From: a virus
Lineage: Duplodnaviria; Caudoviricetes
IMG/VR virus record: IMGVR_UViG_3300038825_001248
Span: 1 to 59,949 of that record
Length of the DNA: 59,949 nucleotides
Reading direction: 5' to 3' (one strand)
Position 1 is the stretch's first letter, and each line of letters opens with the position of its first letter. The translations under genes were made by a program, and so were the position numbers. The notes under the pieces are model-generated. The model was given only the letters and a program-made list of their open reading frames with translations. It made no database searches and was not told where the DNA came from. Shown in pieces: positions 21,301 to 29,905 of the stretch.

Positions 21301-22535
21301 AAGGTTTTATAGATAAATCATTAGATTTTTTAGCAAACCTAGGTGTTTCGCGTGCGCTATCTGGACTTGCTCAGCCTTTTAAACAAACAATACCTATGAT
21401 GTTTGATATATTAATTACCTCGGGCGGAAAATTAGACTTAGCATCATATACTAATAAAAGTATACAAAATTGGATAAATAAATCCGGTGCATCAGTGGCC
21501 CTTCGTGGAGGATTGTCAACTGCAGATATGTCAAAACTAGAAAGCTTTATCAACTCAGACGAAATTATAGAGCAAGCTAAAGATCTTAAAAATCTTCCAA
21601 AAATTATTAAAAGAATTAACGATATAGGTTTGAAATACTTATTAGTAAAACCTGATCAAATGATAGCACGCGTGGCTTTTATAACTTACTACAAACAAAA
21701 ACTTTCTGAAAAAGGAGTTAATGTAGAATCAATAAATTGGGAAACTCACAAGCCAGATAAAGAAGCTGTTGCTTATGCAGATGCACAAGTAGATATACAA
21801 CAAAACATTTCTAATTCTGAAATGTTCGGAAGGTTTTTTGAACCAGGTGATGGTTTACTTAAAAGAGCAAGGCAATTATTTATGCCTTTTGCGTCACACG
21901 CTATGAATTTAAAACTTAGGATATACACGGACATGTTAACCTTAATTAGTAATACAGCCTCGGCGGCTGAAAAAAGAAGATCAATAACTTCGTTAATAGG
22001 TGCATCCACACAATTAGCAGCATTTCACACAATGAGTTACTTTATAGCTTCTTCACTTATGTCGATCGGAGCAGATGATGATGAGAAAACAAGAAAGAAA
22101 AGGCTTAGTAATATTAAAAAAGGAAGGCTAGGTAATTTAGTGTCAGACTTTTTAAGTCCGATCAATCAAAATTATGTAAATGATGTAACATTGTCTGCAA
22201 TTAATGTGTTTTATCGCAACATTACTGGGGATGACAAGGAATTATTTTTTGGAATTAGCGATAGAGAAACCTTTTTGGAGAAATTCGGGCAAATAGGTAT
22301 TCCAATTAAGAAATTTAAAGAACTTATTGACATAAGCTTTCTCGCTTACGGTGATGGAGTTTATGAAGATAGCTATGGTAATAAAAGAAAAATAAGTAAA
22401 AAACAACAAGATAATTTAAAGTTTGTTGCTGTTCCATCAATACTTTACAATTTAGGATTACTTCCGGCAGAAGCAGGAACATATGTAAGAAACTCTGTAA
22501 GAGAAGCTAAGAAAAATACTACGAAGGCTAATTAA
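15318..22535 (+). CDS. Giant internal virion (polyvalent-like) protein with zincin metallopeptidase motif
   Basis: 2405 aa; ETLVHELFH plus downstream EEFLSE; G/A-rich hydrophobic segment. Confidence 0.65.
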   Translation: MEQEALRLSYDQAVEEGYNGDIAEFYTLLQTNTEAVDLAYNMAKEEGYKNSQKSFEVLLGLKKKEENFPELFPSEYQSSNLPSDVNLNINKKKEPVRIKRLDPTVKELSLTEQQQDLIQPESERKGRVNQIKVTESLLEKSSLNNKVQSILKTTPSDTPEGGMPFDPDKPYIVNRSLMVGQIISEMPELNDIKGEDELNTFLENNPDVIEKFEQKVKEKLQTYIDNTPDDSIYKYKDFDPSQSVDAQTMMGALTNKISKKVDADPDKLAVVESLYSGLSGFNLNELTNYFDEDVATEAGLDKRNRIIQSVQDGNLDLIDKYSNQEFGDEDDVERGALALDIEKSRALGFYIQDKIKTLDDREALLQLNPEKNKDALSKLKENRKELILNFGQYNRENLPFLNNYLYKKKVRLADEYVSGDMGLYNPGDVLHGGYEGVREGLEGGYGAVIDVASTALDAIGLNVFAEDLRIHRNLNNLLWTDPSSFSYAEGKAVIHEGKKYIVTPEGQVIDEEREVDVSFFGEQAGIDLKSIRNKAKLSDRTESTVSMYGTYQMGANVTGNLAVQLVGMKGVGAVLKGGGKLTSAVGYGKLSKQATMRTNAMLSTGAVVYSSTYNQVLEEGRALGLPDKLAHKYANEVATTTGLVGAITAVTISPNIGGQQLFARTSPKEIARYLIKNKTSNNIPAKVIDFLKGGFVEGTFEAVQENLELLGEEYAKNKINTEVGKELFKPVFTKTSVMNNSIAAFASAGLLGGGGSINTSKVTFYNRLGSNQELFQKYMKMYVEQGLIDQIGADKIVNEVKNYHQYKNKLPEKFRTIPDAIKLTNLLAEKTRLQDLLKTQDEVFNQDTQTRIEAIDNEVKRITDAAARKKISPSPDIEEEQSITNQQAIDAIAKDNEGRKERGEELIGFTEQDISNKKQELLKQQQDASTEQSAVAQTSQDQSTTTTEVAEGVPGQVQQSTGEVDTEIEGAVDTTTQEEITPEDQLAAEVEATTEQEAEQQLDELLDETETKNENVTTVGTEGRNKSISSKASAQTRAEGFNTKTPEGKKRFNKIKSEITQAFNKKMRTLKRAANLLGKILPNTKIVLAETKAEYDRLRGEDSDSVGAFRFTKDGKTAILIDVSALSTDKGIETLVHELFHAVLYKKFGRNKEKIRRVTDKMVKELQRTLQNSNDSSLQDIGNALVRFSKQYPEGKQTEEFLSETLGYLAERFDQVRRDSKALKIVTDFVNKISELLGVGKVKKELAKDPDRVLRALAMVAKKIQSGEVLQDTDFDILNEIETEVDQEGTDAPIVTGAVDFVTETDTTADEDVTVTVLEDVEVDEDVEVDETTTEDRVVEKKKKPTTTEATSTTLLGKISTEIKKAIKQAKSQQKKIKREVALAIRESVKQGTLSAKQALVLAKRALTLNVDSPLAVERFILYTKKAFADADNIFKLKTANTLRKQLKKIGNTKTIDAAIAAAAKNFALMDPIYVEDLDLYNQLAKELVDGSKSSRVLKGELKQKRTADLAKINAFADNQLEKEKVEIEATMRDEFEAMTGIDAKDMTYAQMKSYLDDKTPAPSEQDESIIRKAVTTMFNKYSETIKQMLSSGVDAATGNPLDLSAAQKSIVKRFMDMDLSVMGIKEVIRAVDALNNFIVNRNTGGMETVVNNNKGASNVSKMVKDGKIVKPKTKFKFLFENLVNPVARDFASLTIYLKSLLGGLDNSIDFKMMSGLVFFDQGASLAKKLTEEITDNYAKKFSKLRPNNELFNSIKNILERGVYAFLVRTTSGDINSSNKEFKRRLRLVKQSIEKYRRGDKKQQETADVLQEIYDKIKGAENSLEIENAFDQVNKDAVIFWQNEWARIYPQLSETSYNIYNQILGNDVNFTPDKFSAFEADTEVELDNQSAFASFSGTVFGKKKAGVLFESTKPQQLPKGRVVNFNFDSNMARSMESAQMDVQTAQAFNQVKGFVESPDFKKLIPDNTVREITAERIINYINKTKKNVYIPKKQQGFIDKSLDFLANLGVSRALSGLAQPFKQTIPMMFDILITSGGKLDLASYTNKSIQNWINKSGASVALRGGLSTADMSKLESFINSDEIIEQAKDLKNLPKIIKRINDIGLKYLLVKPDQMIARVAFITYYKQKLSEKGVNVESINWETHKPDKEAVAYADAQVDIQQNISNSEMFGRFFEPGDGLLKRARQLFMPFASHAMNLKLRIYTDMLTLISNTASAAEKRRSITSLIGASTQLAAFHTMSYFIASSLMSIGADDDEKTRKKRLSNIKKGRLGNLVSDFLSPINQNYVNDVTLSAINVFYRNITGDDKELFFGISDRETFLEKFGQIGIPIKKFKELIDISFLAYGDGVYEDSYGNKRKISKKQQDNLKFVAVPSILYNLGLLPAEAGTYVRNSVREAKKNTTKAN

Positions 22536-23643
22536 AGTAATGAGTAAGTCTCGCTACTTGCCCGTGCTCTAGGTGATGAACAAATCCTTCAACAGCTTTA
22601 GGAGATCCAGTATATCCTTTTCTACTATGCCAGCTGTCTGCAGACGAAGGACTTCTTAAATACTCTACAGTTACCCCAACAAAATCTTTACCATCTAGCC
22701 ATTTATGTTTTACTTTGTGGTGCAAATGATGTAAGTACCAGTATCTTCTTTTAGCTTTTGCCCACATCATAGGTTTTTCTTGAGCCATTAATAAAGGTAA
22801 ATCAGAAAGTTTAGCGCCATCCCCATGCTCTAACCCAATCAATGAGCTTCCATACTGATAATACTTTCTGTGATTTACTGTAACATCAAAAGTTATATCT
22901 TTTGCTTTTCTAAACCACGCTTGTAATGTGTGAGCTAGATGAAATCCAGATTGATAATCATGATTACTCATGCTGTGTACTACATCAACAGGGGCTACGG
23001 CCCTCAGCATTTCAATACACTTAACATAAAGCTTTAAAGCAATTTCATAATGCTCCCACCATTTACCATCTGTGTCTTGTCTTGTGCCTTTTGTAGTGGT
23101 ATTATATACATTGTCAACATGTAGCACATCATTACCAATGCAAAATAATATTTTCTCGACATCAAATCCTATGGATTTAGCTAGTAGTCCTTTTACTCCT
23201 TCAATCACTCTATCACAAGCTACATCTGTATTATATTCTTCTCCTGTCTCAATCTCTTGAGCGTACTTACCAATATGAATATCAGCTGGGTTTATAACTA
23301 ATAAGTGAGGATCCTTGCTTTTAGATCTTTTTATTTTTTTATATGTAGGGGCATGGTCATGAATAAATTTATTTACATTCTTCATCATTTGACCCTCATC
23401 CAAACCATAATCATCTTTAGTAACTATAGAGAATCTATATTCACCTGATGCGCTCTGCCAATGCTTTACACTTACAACTGAATCCGGATCTATACCTCTT
23501 TCCTGAAGATGTTTAGCTAACTCAGAGTTTTCATTTTCATTTACATTAACAAATGCATTTGAGCGATACTCAAGTATCAACTCTTCTTCCTGTGGGGAAA
23601 GGCGCAGCCTTCTACCATAGGTTTTAGCATTTTTAGATTTCAT
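22528..23643 (-). CDS. Calcineurin-like metallophosphoesterase
   Basis: DIHIG, GNDVLHVD, SNHD, HGD, HHLHH motifs. Confidence 0.85.
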   Translation of the reverse strand: MKSKNAKTYGRRLRLSPQEEELILEYRSNAFVNVNENENSELAKHLQERGIDPDSVVSVKHWQSASGEYRFSIVTKDDYGLDEGQMMKNVNKFIHDHAPTYKKIKRSKSKDPHLLVINPADIHIGKYAQEIETGEEYNTDVACDRVIEGVKGLLAKSIGFDVEKILFCIGNDVLHVDNVYNTTTKGTRQDTDGKWWEHYEIALKLYVKCIEMLRAVAPVDVVHSMSNHDYQSGFHLAHTLQAWFRKAKDITFDVTVNHRKYYQYGSSLIGLEHGDGAKLSDLPLLMAQEKPMMWAKAKRRYWYLHHLHHKVKHKWLDGKDFVGVTVEYLRSPSSADSWHSRKGYTGSPKAVEGFVHHLEHGQVARLTHYFN

Positions 23644-23821
23644 CCTGATAATTTAATTGGGTTTGTTTGAGTAGTTGAATCAAAGAGTTTATACTATGGT
23701 CTAGGTTGGGGTAATCTTGATCAGCAAGAGCTTCGTAAATTTCATCTGATCGGTCGTGAATCTCATCCATCAATCTATTGATGTAAACAAAGTTAACGCC
23801 TGATGAATTTTTTACGCTCAT
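23633..23821 (-). CDS. Hypothetical protein
   Basis: 62 aa ORF overlapping the next gene start. Confidence 0.55.
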   Translation of the reverse strand: MSVKNSSGVNFVYINRLMDEIHDRSDEIYEALADQDYPNLDHSINSLIQLLKQTQLNYQDEI

Positions 23822-23917
23822 TTACCTTATATCCATAATATAATATTGTATTCCCAGATGAAGTTTAGTTAGTTCTACTGTAAGTTAATAAAATATTTTA
23901 ATAAATACACAAAAAAT

Positions 23918-24253
23918 TTAAAGAAATTGTGCAAAATCTTTAATACCTAGGTTTGTTTGTAGGTAAAATTTTTCTAATTGAGTGAATATTTCGTCTGAAT
24001 AAACTACTTGTTGCTGGATTTTGAATTTTTTTTCCTCACCATTTTCTGTAAAAAGATAAAAGGTATTATCATCGCTAAGACTTGGAGCCATATGTACGTC
24101 ATAATATGAAACTAATTGTGTGTGATAGTCTGCAATTACAGTTTTTACATAAAGCTCTGTACTATTAGTCAGTGCGCATATATTAACGACAGGAGTTTTA
24201 GGATCTTCCTTATATATATCTAAAATCTTAAAACGTTTGGTTGCTTTTCTCAT
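23918..24253 (-). CDS. Hypothetical protein, possible N-terminal HTH
   Basis: 111 aa ORF in operon. Confidence 0.55.
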   Translation of the reverse strand: MRKATKRFKILDIYKEDPKTPVVNICALTNSTELYVKTVIADYHTQLVSYYDVHMAPSLSDDNTFYLFTENGEEKKFKIQQQVVYSDEIFTQLEKFYLQTNLGIKDFAQFL

Positions 24254-24563
24254 ACATTAAATAGTAGCCAGCATTCATGTAATCTAAATAATCATTTACA
24301 TCTATCTCACGAATGTCAATTAAAATTAATGAATTAGTTAGATATTTCAAAAATTCTACCTCAAAATATATTACTTCTGATTTTATTTTTAAAGCTCCAG
24401 CTATTATTTGCTCTTGATCGTTAACTTCAACTTGATTAATTAAGTCTTCTAGGTATTTAGAAATAGATATAGCTCGTTTAATTCCAAAGCTTCTTATGCT
24501 TTCAATAAATAAATCTTCCACCTCAACGTTCTTCTCCTCTATATACTTCGACTGTAAACCCAT
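24228..24563 (-). CDS. Hypothetical protein (start uncertain)
   Basis: ORF tiling between neighbours. Confidence 0.55.
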   Translation of the reverse strand: MGLQSKYIEEKNVEVEDLFIESIRSFGIKRAISISKYLEDLINQVEVNDQEQIIAGALKIKSEVIYFEVEFLKYLTNSLILIDIREIDVNDYLDYMNAGYYLMYEKSNQTF

Positions 24564-24771
24564 ATTCCTGTAATTCTTTTAATCTATATTCTTGGAGCTT
24601 TGATACTTTCCCATTGGGTTTTTTTATTTCAGAAAAAATAACATCCACTCCCGGCGGAATAGCTATCACGTCAGGTATGCCATTTTTATTTGTCTTGATT
24701 AACTTGATTACGTAGTAACCAGCTGACTCTAACTGCTTAATTCTCTTTGCTTGAATCTGCTGTTCAGTCAT
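24523..24771 (-). CDS. VRR-NUC domain nuclease
   Basis: GIPD...FSEIK..G..S.LQ motif; adjacent to SNF2 helicase. Confidence 0.85.
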   Translation of the reverse strand: MTEQQIQAKRIKQLESAGYYVIKLIKTNKNGIPDVIAIPPGVDVIFSEIKKPNGKVSKLQEYRLKELQEYGFTVEVYRGEER

Positions 24772-24772
24772 A

Positions 24773-26017
24773 CTATAAAGATAAGAAATCTGATTTGAAA
24801 TGCTGTAGAGTGTAGTCTTTCTTTTTAGAAACAGCTTTATAAATTTGTCTCTCTATCCCATCTTTGCTGAAGATCCAGTATATATCGTTCTTCAATCTAT
24901 CTTTGGTAGTCATCCTATCTCTTGATTGCCAATAAGATGTGGCGCTAAAATCTATATTATAATACACAAGGCAGTCGGCTTCTTTTAAACTTATACCTTC
25001 TCTACCGCTAACGATTTGAAGGGCAATATGTTTTTTTGTGTTTTTAAATTCTTCTAACTCAGTACAAATCTCATCGCCAAATTCTTCTTGCAAAGCCTTC
25101 AATTCTGCTGTAAATTTGTAAAAGATTCCAATCTTTTTATCTTTAAATCTTCTCTTAATAAACTTAGCTTTACTTGAATCAATCACCATAGATTTACCGC
25201 TTTCAAATTTAACGGTGCCAGAATACATTTGATGTAGCTTGCTCATAAGCTTAACTCCTGTGTCAGCCAGTATAACCTGATCTTTACCTTGTATTACTAA
25301 ATCTTTTTTTAATCTAGTACAGAGCTTATAAGTTTCTTTTGACATTGGAACAGTCAGTATTGTTTCTTTAGTTTCAACTTTATAACCCGCTTGCTTTTGT
25401 GTATAAGAAATAGTAAATGGTTTCATTGCTTGAACGATACCTATTGTACCTTCAGAATAATCCTTGGTGTTAAACCCGTGTAAATATCTCAGAGTTATGT
25501 TTACATAAAGTCTAGCAAACTTATAAAACGTAGTATACTTTTTAAAAGGATTCTCAGGGTGACCATAAACTTGATGATACATTTGAGAATAAGATTCAGG
25601 AGTAGGGGTTCCTGATAATAAAATATAATAAGGATCATTGATTTGAATTAACTCCTTAACTTGCTTTGCTCTTTTACTAGGCTTGGGATAAGCGCCCATG
25701 CTGTGAGCTTCATCACATATAATTACATCCCAACCTCTTTTTTTAATCTTATGTAGGCTTTCATAGTTTATAACTTCAAGCTCGTAATTAGGTAAAAGCA
25801 TTCGATAATCATTTTCAATACTACTTATGGCTTTTTTCTTAGTAATAAACAAAACTCTGTTGATGTATAAATTATCACATATACCTAAACTAGTAAGAGT
25901 TTTACCTGTTCTTACCTCCATGGCTAAATACAATAACTTGCCACGAAGTAATATACCGGTGCCTTGGTTTATTATTTTCTTTTGATAATCCCTATATTCA
26001 AATGGTTTTAACCTCAT
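24773..26017 (-). CDS. SNF2-like SF2 helicase
   Basis: RDYQ, MEVRTGKT, DEAH, LSGTP, REGISL motifs. Confidence 0.88.
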   Translation of the reverse strand: MRLKPFEYRDYQKKIINQGTGILLRGKLLYLAMEVRTGKTLTSLGICDNLYINRVLFITKKKAISSIENDYRMLLPNYELEVINYESLHKIKKRGWDVIICDEAHSMGAYPKPSKRAKQVKELIQINDPYYILLSGTPTPESYSQMYHQVYGHPENPFKKYTTFYKFARLYVNITLRYLHGFNTKDYSEGTIGIVQAMKPFTISYTQKQAGYKVETKETILTVPMSKETYKLCTRLKKDLVIQGKDQVILADTGVKLMSKLHQMYSGTVKFESGKSMVIDSSKAKFIKRRFKDKKIGIFYKFTAELKALQEEFGDEICTELEEFKNTKKHIALQIVSGREGISLKEADCLVYYNIDFSATSYWQSRDRMTTKDRLKNDIYWIFSKDGIERQIYKAVSKKKDYTLQHFKSDFLSL

Positions 26018-26279
26018 ATTTTTTTCTTAACTGACTGTATACATTTTTAAGCCCTTCCATTGCATCTTTCTGTGTTTTATATGTTTTGCTTCCAACAATT
26101 TCACTGCTGTAATATTCAGCTCCGTATATATCTCTTCTATAATCTTTACCATGTGAAGAAATACCACCTTTGCGAACACCAATACGATGATCTTTATAGG
26201 TACCCGGTATGATATATACTTGCCAATCATTATCAATACACCAATTAAAATCAGAAATCCAACTCGGATTTTGCCTCAT
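25998..26279 (-). CDS. Hypothetical protein (likely start MRQNP at 26279)
   Basis: Shorter start avoids a long overlap with the primase gene. Confidence 0.55.
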   Translation of the reverse strand: MRQNPSWISDFNWCIDNDWQVYIIPGTYKDHRIGVRKGGISSHGKDYRRDIYGAEYYSSEIVGSKTYKTQKDAMEGLKNVYSQLRKKYEVKTI

Positions 26280-28680
26280 CTGTAACCTGTTTGTTTTCAT
26301 CTTTAAACATAATCCATCTACTCTTGTTATCTCTACCCTCTTCAGGATTAGTTCCTGTTGCGTATATACCATAAGAAACTAACCACTGATAAAATTTTAC
26401 CCTAGATACTGTCATTTTAGCCTTTGGCGCAAAATCAGGATTGTCTTGTATAAAATCTAAATACAACTCATGCTTATATAATTTATCGTTGAACCTAAGT
26501 TTATCGGAACCTGGTGTCCCCTTTAGCAATCCACACCACTCTATAAATTCGTGACAAGTTTCAGCTGACAACTTGCGTATCTTTAAATTTACAAATTCAC
26601 TTTTTATTAACCCGCTGTGTAAATATAACTGCAAGGATTCAATCATATAATTATCAAACGCACACCACTCCTCATCACTCCAATCTCCAAAAAATAATTT
26701 TCCAAACTCCATGTAAGGAGTGTTGGTTGTAGTGTAATGTTGTTTGAATTCAAGCTCCCACTTTCTTCTTTCAAAACTTTGTCCAGCTCCTTTGACTGCA
26801 TAGTTTGTGGTTAATATAAGTTTGGGAGATTTTTCAAAAGGAATTTTAATCGCATCTTTATTTTTCTTTTCTAACGTTATACCCTCTGTAACAACACTAA
26901 ACAATCTTTCAAATTCAAAATGTTTTTTTATGTCATCAAAGCAAAGCAACTGCGTGTCAGCTGAAACAAGCTGATAAGCAAAAGACCTTTCAAATGCAAA
27001 CGCTTTACCATCTATAATGACAAGCTTTTTCATTTGACCTAACGCATTGACTAACAAGGACTTACCAGTACCGCCGTTAGGTTGATCAGATATAACTTCA
27101 TCATTTAGTATGACAGCTGGTGAGTATGAAAGATTTTTGTGTGCGTGTAATAGGTAACCTAATGTGCTTTCCATAGATTTAACCCTTAAATTATCTTTGT
27201 TACATACATTAAATATAAATGTTTTGAAATCACAATGCGTATCCTCACATTCTTGATAAACTCTATGTATGACATGGTCTTTCCAAACAAAACCTTCCAG
27301 ATCTAAATAGTCTATTATAGTAGTGCTGTCTTTTGTGATTTTTACAGCGCAGTTTTGAAAATATAAATATGCCGTATCCCTTGTGTCAGCTATAAAATAA
27401 ACATCTACCGATTTTAACAGAGACAGAAAGTCATCCTTAAAATACCTGGTCTTATCTGCAAAAAAATTATATATAGATTTATCTTCTAGTGAATCTAAAT
27501 ACTGTAAAACAAAATCTTTTATTTCGTCCTCACTAGTGTGGTCAATAAGATTGTTCTCGACTCTTACAAATATAGAGCTCTTACTACCTTCAGGTGTATA
27601 TTTATAAAATCCATTTAGATGAAGGAAGTCTCTGAATAAATTATGTATTATTGTTATTTTGCCTTTTTCACTTTTGTGCCAAAATATTTTATTGGAGCTC
27701 TGTGTATCAAAATCATAAATGATTTGATCTATAGCTTCGCTACTTACATTCTGTGTTTTTAAATATTGTCTGACCTGTTGCTTGGATTCACCGGTCTTTA
27801 ATTTTTTTTTTACATCGTTAATTTTCGACTCATCTTCATAAAACTTAGTACCGAAGTTACCTACGTTTCTGTATGCAGAATCAATTGTAGTTTGAATTTC
27901 TAATGCAGTGAAGGATTGGCTTTCAAAATCTTTCATTATATATTCAGCCAAATTTTTATTTACACCAAAATCATTAAAGGCTGCCGCTAGTATATATACG
28001 TTGTTGTTTCTTTCACCTTCAATTAATCCATATTTTTTTGTCCACCACTTCATAAGTATCTCTACAATTTTATTTTCATTGGTGATTGGGAACACTGGCA
28101 CACTGGTGTGTGTGTTTTTTTCTTCAAACTCTTCTTCAATTAGTTCGTCAAAGATTTTGCTTTCATCATTTATGTATATAAACGGATCATACGATTCATA
28201 GCAAACTCTACTTATGTTTTTGCTTGTTGAATCAAAGTAAACATTATTAAATTGTTTCGACAATGCTTTAAAGTACCCGACATGATTGTCAGGATCTTGT
28301 GGAACTTTGATTAAAACCTTCAATCCATATCCACTGGGTGAGTGAAATGCACAGTGCACAAAATCATTATCCATTAATGAAAGCTTATAATCTTCTAAAT
28401 CTTTTTTAGTTTTAAATCCATCAAAGTCCAAGCATATGATACCGCTGTACTCTACTAATGAATCATCATTTCTTTTTTGAAATTTGCCTGAAAAACATAT
28501 TGCTGGTAGTTCTTGTTTTAATAAATTTCTTTTTGTCTTGTCCTTTTCTTTGCGAATCTTTTGAATCAATTCTTTGGACTTACCCGCCTCTATACGTTGA
28601 AGAATAAAAGATAGTGGTCGGAAGAAAGGAGTTGAGGTATCCTTTATATTCTTAAATATTGTTATTTCTTTTTGATTCAA
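26251..28680 (-). CDS. Primase-helicase (VirE-N/BT4734-like AEP domain, PriCT-like domain, P-loop helicase); TTG start
   Basis: ICLDFD, SPSGYGLK, NISRVCYESYDP, GERNN, GGTGKS, FDD, LTTN motifs. Confidence 0.85.
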   Translation of the reverse strand: MNQKEITIFKNIKDTSTPFFRPLSFILQRIEAGKSKELIQKIRKEKDKTKRNLLKQELPAICFSGKFQKRNDDSLVEYSGIICLDFDGFKTKKDLEDYKLSLMDNDFVHCAFHSPSGYGLKVLIKVPQDPDNHVGYFKALSKQFNNVYFDSTSKNISRVCYESYDPFIYINDESKIFDELIEEEFEEKNTHTSVPVFPITNENKIVEILMKWWTKKYGLIEGERNNNVYILAAAFNDFGVNKNLAEYIMKDFESQSFTALEIQTTIDSAYRNVGNFGTKFYEDESKINDVKKKLKTGESKQQVRQYLKTQNVSSEAIDQIIYDFDTQSSNKIFWHKSEKGKITIIHNLFRDFLHLNGFYKYTPEGSKSSIFVRVENNLIDHTSEDEIKDFVLQYLDSLEDKSIYNFFADKTRYFKDDFLSLLKSVDVYFIADTRDTAYLYFQNCAVKITKDSTTIIDYLDLEGFVWKDHVIHRVYQECEDTHCDFKTFIFNVCNKDNLRVKSMESTLGYLLHAHKNLSYSPAVILNDEVISDQPNGGTGKSLLVNALGQMKKLVIIDGKAFAFERSFAYQLVSADTQLLCFDDIKKHFEFERLFSVVTEGITLEKKNKDAIKIPFEKSPKLILTTNYAVKGAGQSFERRKWELEFKQHYTTTNTPYMEFGKLFFGDWSDEEWCAFDNYMIESLQLYLHSGLIKSEFVNLKIRKLSAETCHEFIEWCGLLKGTPGSDKLRFNDKLYKHELYLDFIQDNPDFAPKAKMTVSRVKFYQWLVSYGIYATGTNPEEGRDNKSRWIMFKDENKQVTDEAKSELDF

Positions 28681-28695
28681 TTGTTAATTTAATTT

Positions 28696-28729
28696 ATAAG
28701 AGGGGCGTCATTTCTGAACGCCCTCTTAT
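28696..28729 (-). terminator. Hairpin / probable terminator after the SSB-like gene
   Basis: AAGAGGGCGT...ACGCCCCTCTT inverted repeat in the intergenic gap. Confidence 0.55.
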
Positions 28730-28742
28730 TAGTTACTAAACT

Positions 28743-28997
28743 TTAGAAGTTGATTGATAAATCATCTTCAGGTGTGCCTACACTCGGAGTTTCTTGTTTT
28801 GGTTTTGGAGTTTCAAAGTTCATACTTAAATAACTTTTCTTTCCGTCTTGTGCTTTATTAACCCAAGCAGAAATTTTCCAGTCAACACCGTTTGGATCTT
28901 TACAAGTTCCAGTGTAATGAGGTTGATTGTTTTCATCTGTTCTGTTTTCATTTGCGAACAGGCTACCTTTACCTTCTTTGTGTACGTAATTACTCAT
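28743..28997 (-). CDS. Putative single-stranded DNA-binding protein
   Basis: GSLF.N, QPHYTG, ISAW motifs; acidic tail ending in F; next to recombination genes. Confidence 0.6.
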   Translation of the reverse strand: MSNYVHKEGKGSLFANENRTDENNQPHYTGTCKDPNGVDWKISAWVNKAQDGKKSYLSMNFETPKPKQETPSVGTPEDDLSINF

Positions 28998-29158
28998 GGT
29001 TTTACTTTTATGTTTCGCTCCAATACATCTATTAAGTTTAAGATAATTTCAGTCTTATCTTCTTTCGATTTGCAAGTCATTGGAACTTTAACCCACAATT
29101 CAAAGTCTTTGGTTTTTCTAAACCAATTATAAATCTTGTTCAACGTAGAATTGTTCAT
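28994..29158 (-). CDS. Small hypothetical protein (54 aa, not in ORF track)
   Basis: MNNSTLNKIYNWFRK...IKVKP; ATGA overlap with the next gene. Confidence 0.55.
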   Translation of the reverse strand: MNNSTLNKIYNWFRKTKDFELWVKVPMTCKSKEDKTEIILNLIDVLERNIKVKP

Positions 29159-29858
29159 CGCCTATTATGTATTTGTTATAATATTCAATTGCTTTTAATA
29201 CATTGTCTTCGCCATGTTGCTTTGCCCAATCTGAAGTTACTCGAAACTTGCCAAGCATTTTAGTTTTTTTACAAACAACAAAAAATTCCACAGGTTTACC
29301 AAACATTTTTTCATATAACCAGGCTTGACAGGAATAATAATAATCTTTAAAGCTATATTGAAAACGTTGTATGTTACTACTAGTTTTTAGATCAATTACA
29401 GAATATGGTGTAACAATATCTGCTTTACCCTTCCATATTGTATTTTGTATTTTAATTAACCCAGCTGTTTCATATGTGTTGTTGTCATCATATATGTATG
29501 GAGCAAACTCATCATTGCTCTGCATAATATTCGCAAGCTCCATTGCCAGCCTGTGTTCTTCGTATGTCAACACCTTATTGTTTTCTTCCCAAGCCTCTTT
29601 AAATTTATTTGTTCTTCTAGATTTTACATCTACAAATTCATAAATCTCTGCCTTGTATGGCTCCAGCATGAGCGCATGAAAATAAGTGCCGAACTCAAAG
29701 TTTGCAATACTTAAATGATCATGCACCACATCGTTATAGAATTCATACGGCTTATTTATTATTGTGCCGATTTTAGATTGAGATAAATATTGTTTGCCAA
29801 ACTCACCATAATAATCCTCATCATTATTAAGCCTATCAAGTATTTCTTTTTCGGTCAT
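29127..29858 (-). CDS. PD-(D/E)xK exonuclease, RecE/ExoVIII-like
   Basis: YLSQS, FGTYFHALMLEP, KGKADIV, IDLKTS, QAWLY. Confidence 0.82.
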   Translation of the reverse strand: MTEKEILDRLNNDEDYYGEFGKQYLSQSKIGTIINKPYEFYNDVVHDHLSIANFEFGTYFHALMLEPYKAEIYEFVDVKSRRTNKFKEAWEENNKVLTYEEHRLAMELANIMQSNDEFAPYIYDDNNTYETAGLIKIQNTIWKGKADIVTPYSVIDLKTSSNIQRFQYSFKDYYYSCQAWLYEKMFGKPVEFFVVCKKTKMLGKFRVTSDWAKQHGEDNVLKAIEYYNKYIIGDEQFYVEQDL

Positions 29859-29905
29859 TTGAGTTCAGTATTAAATTTATATTTGATTGCATTATCCAGT
29901 CTGTT

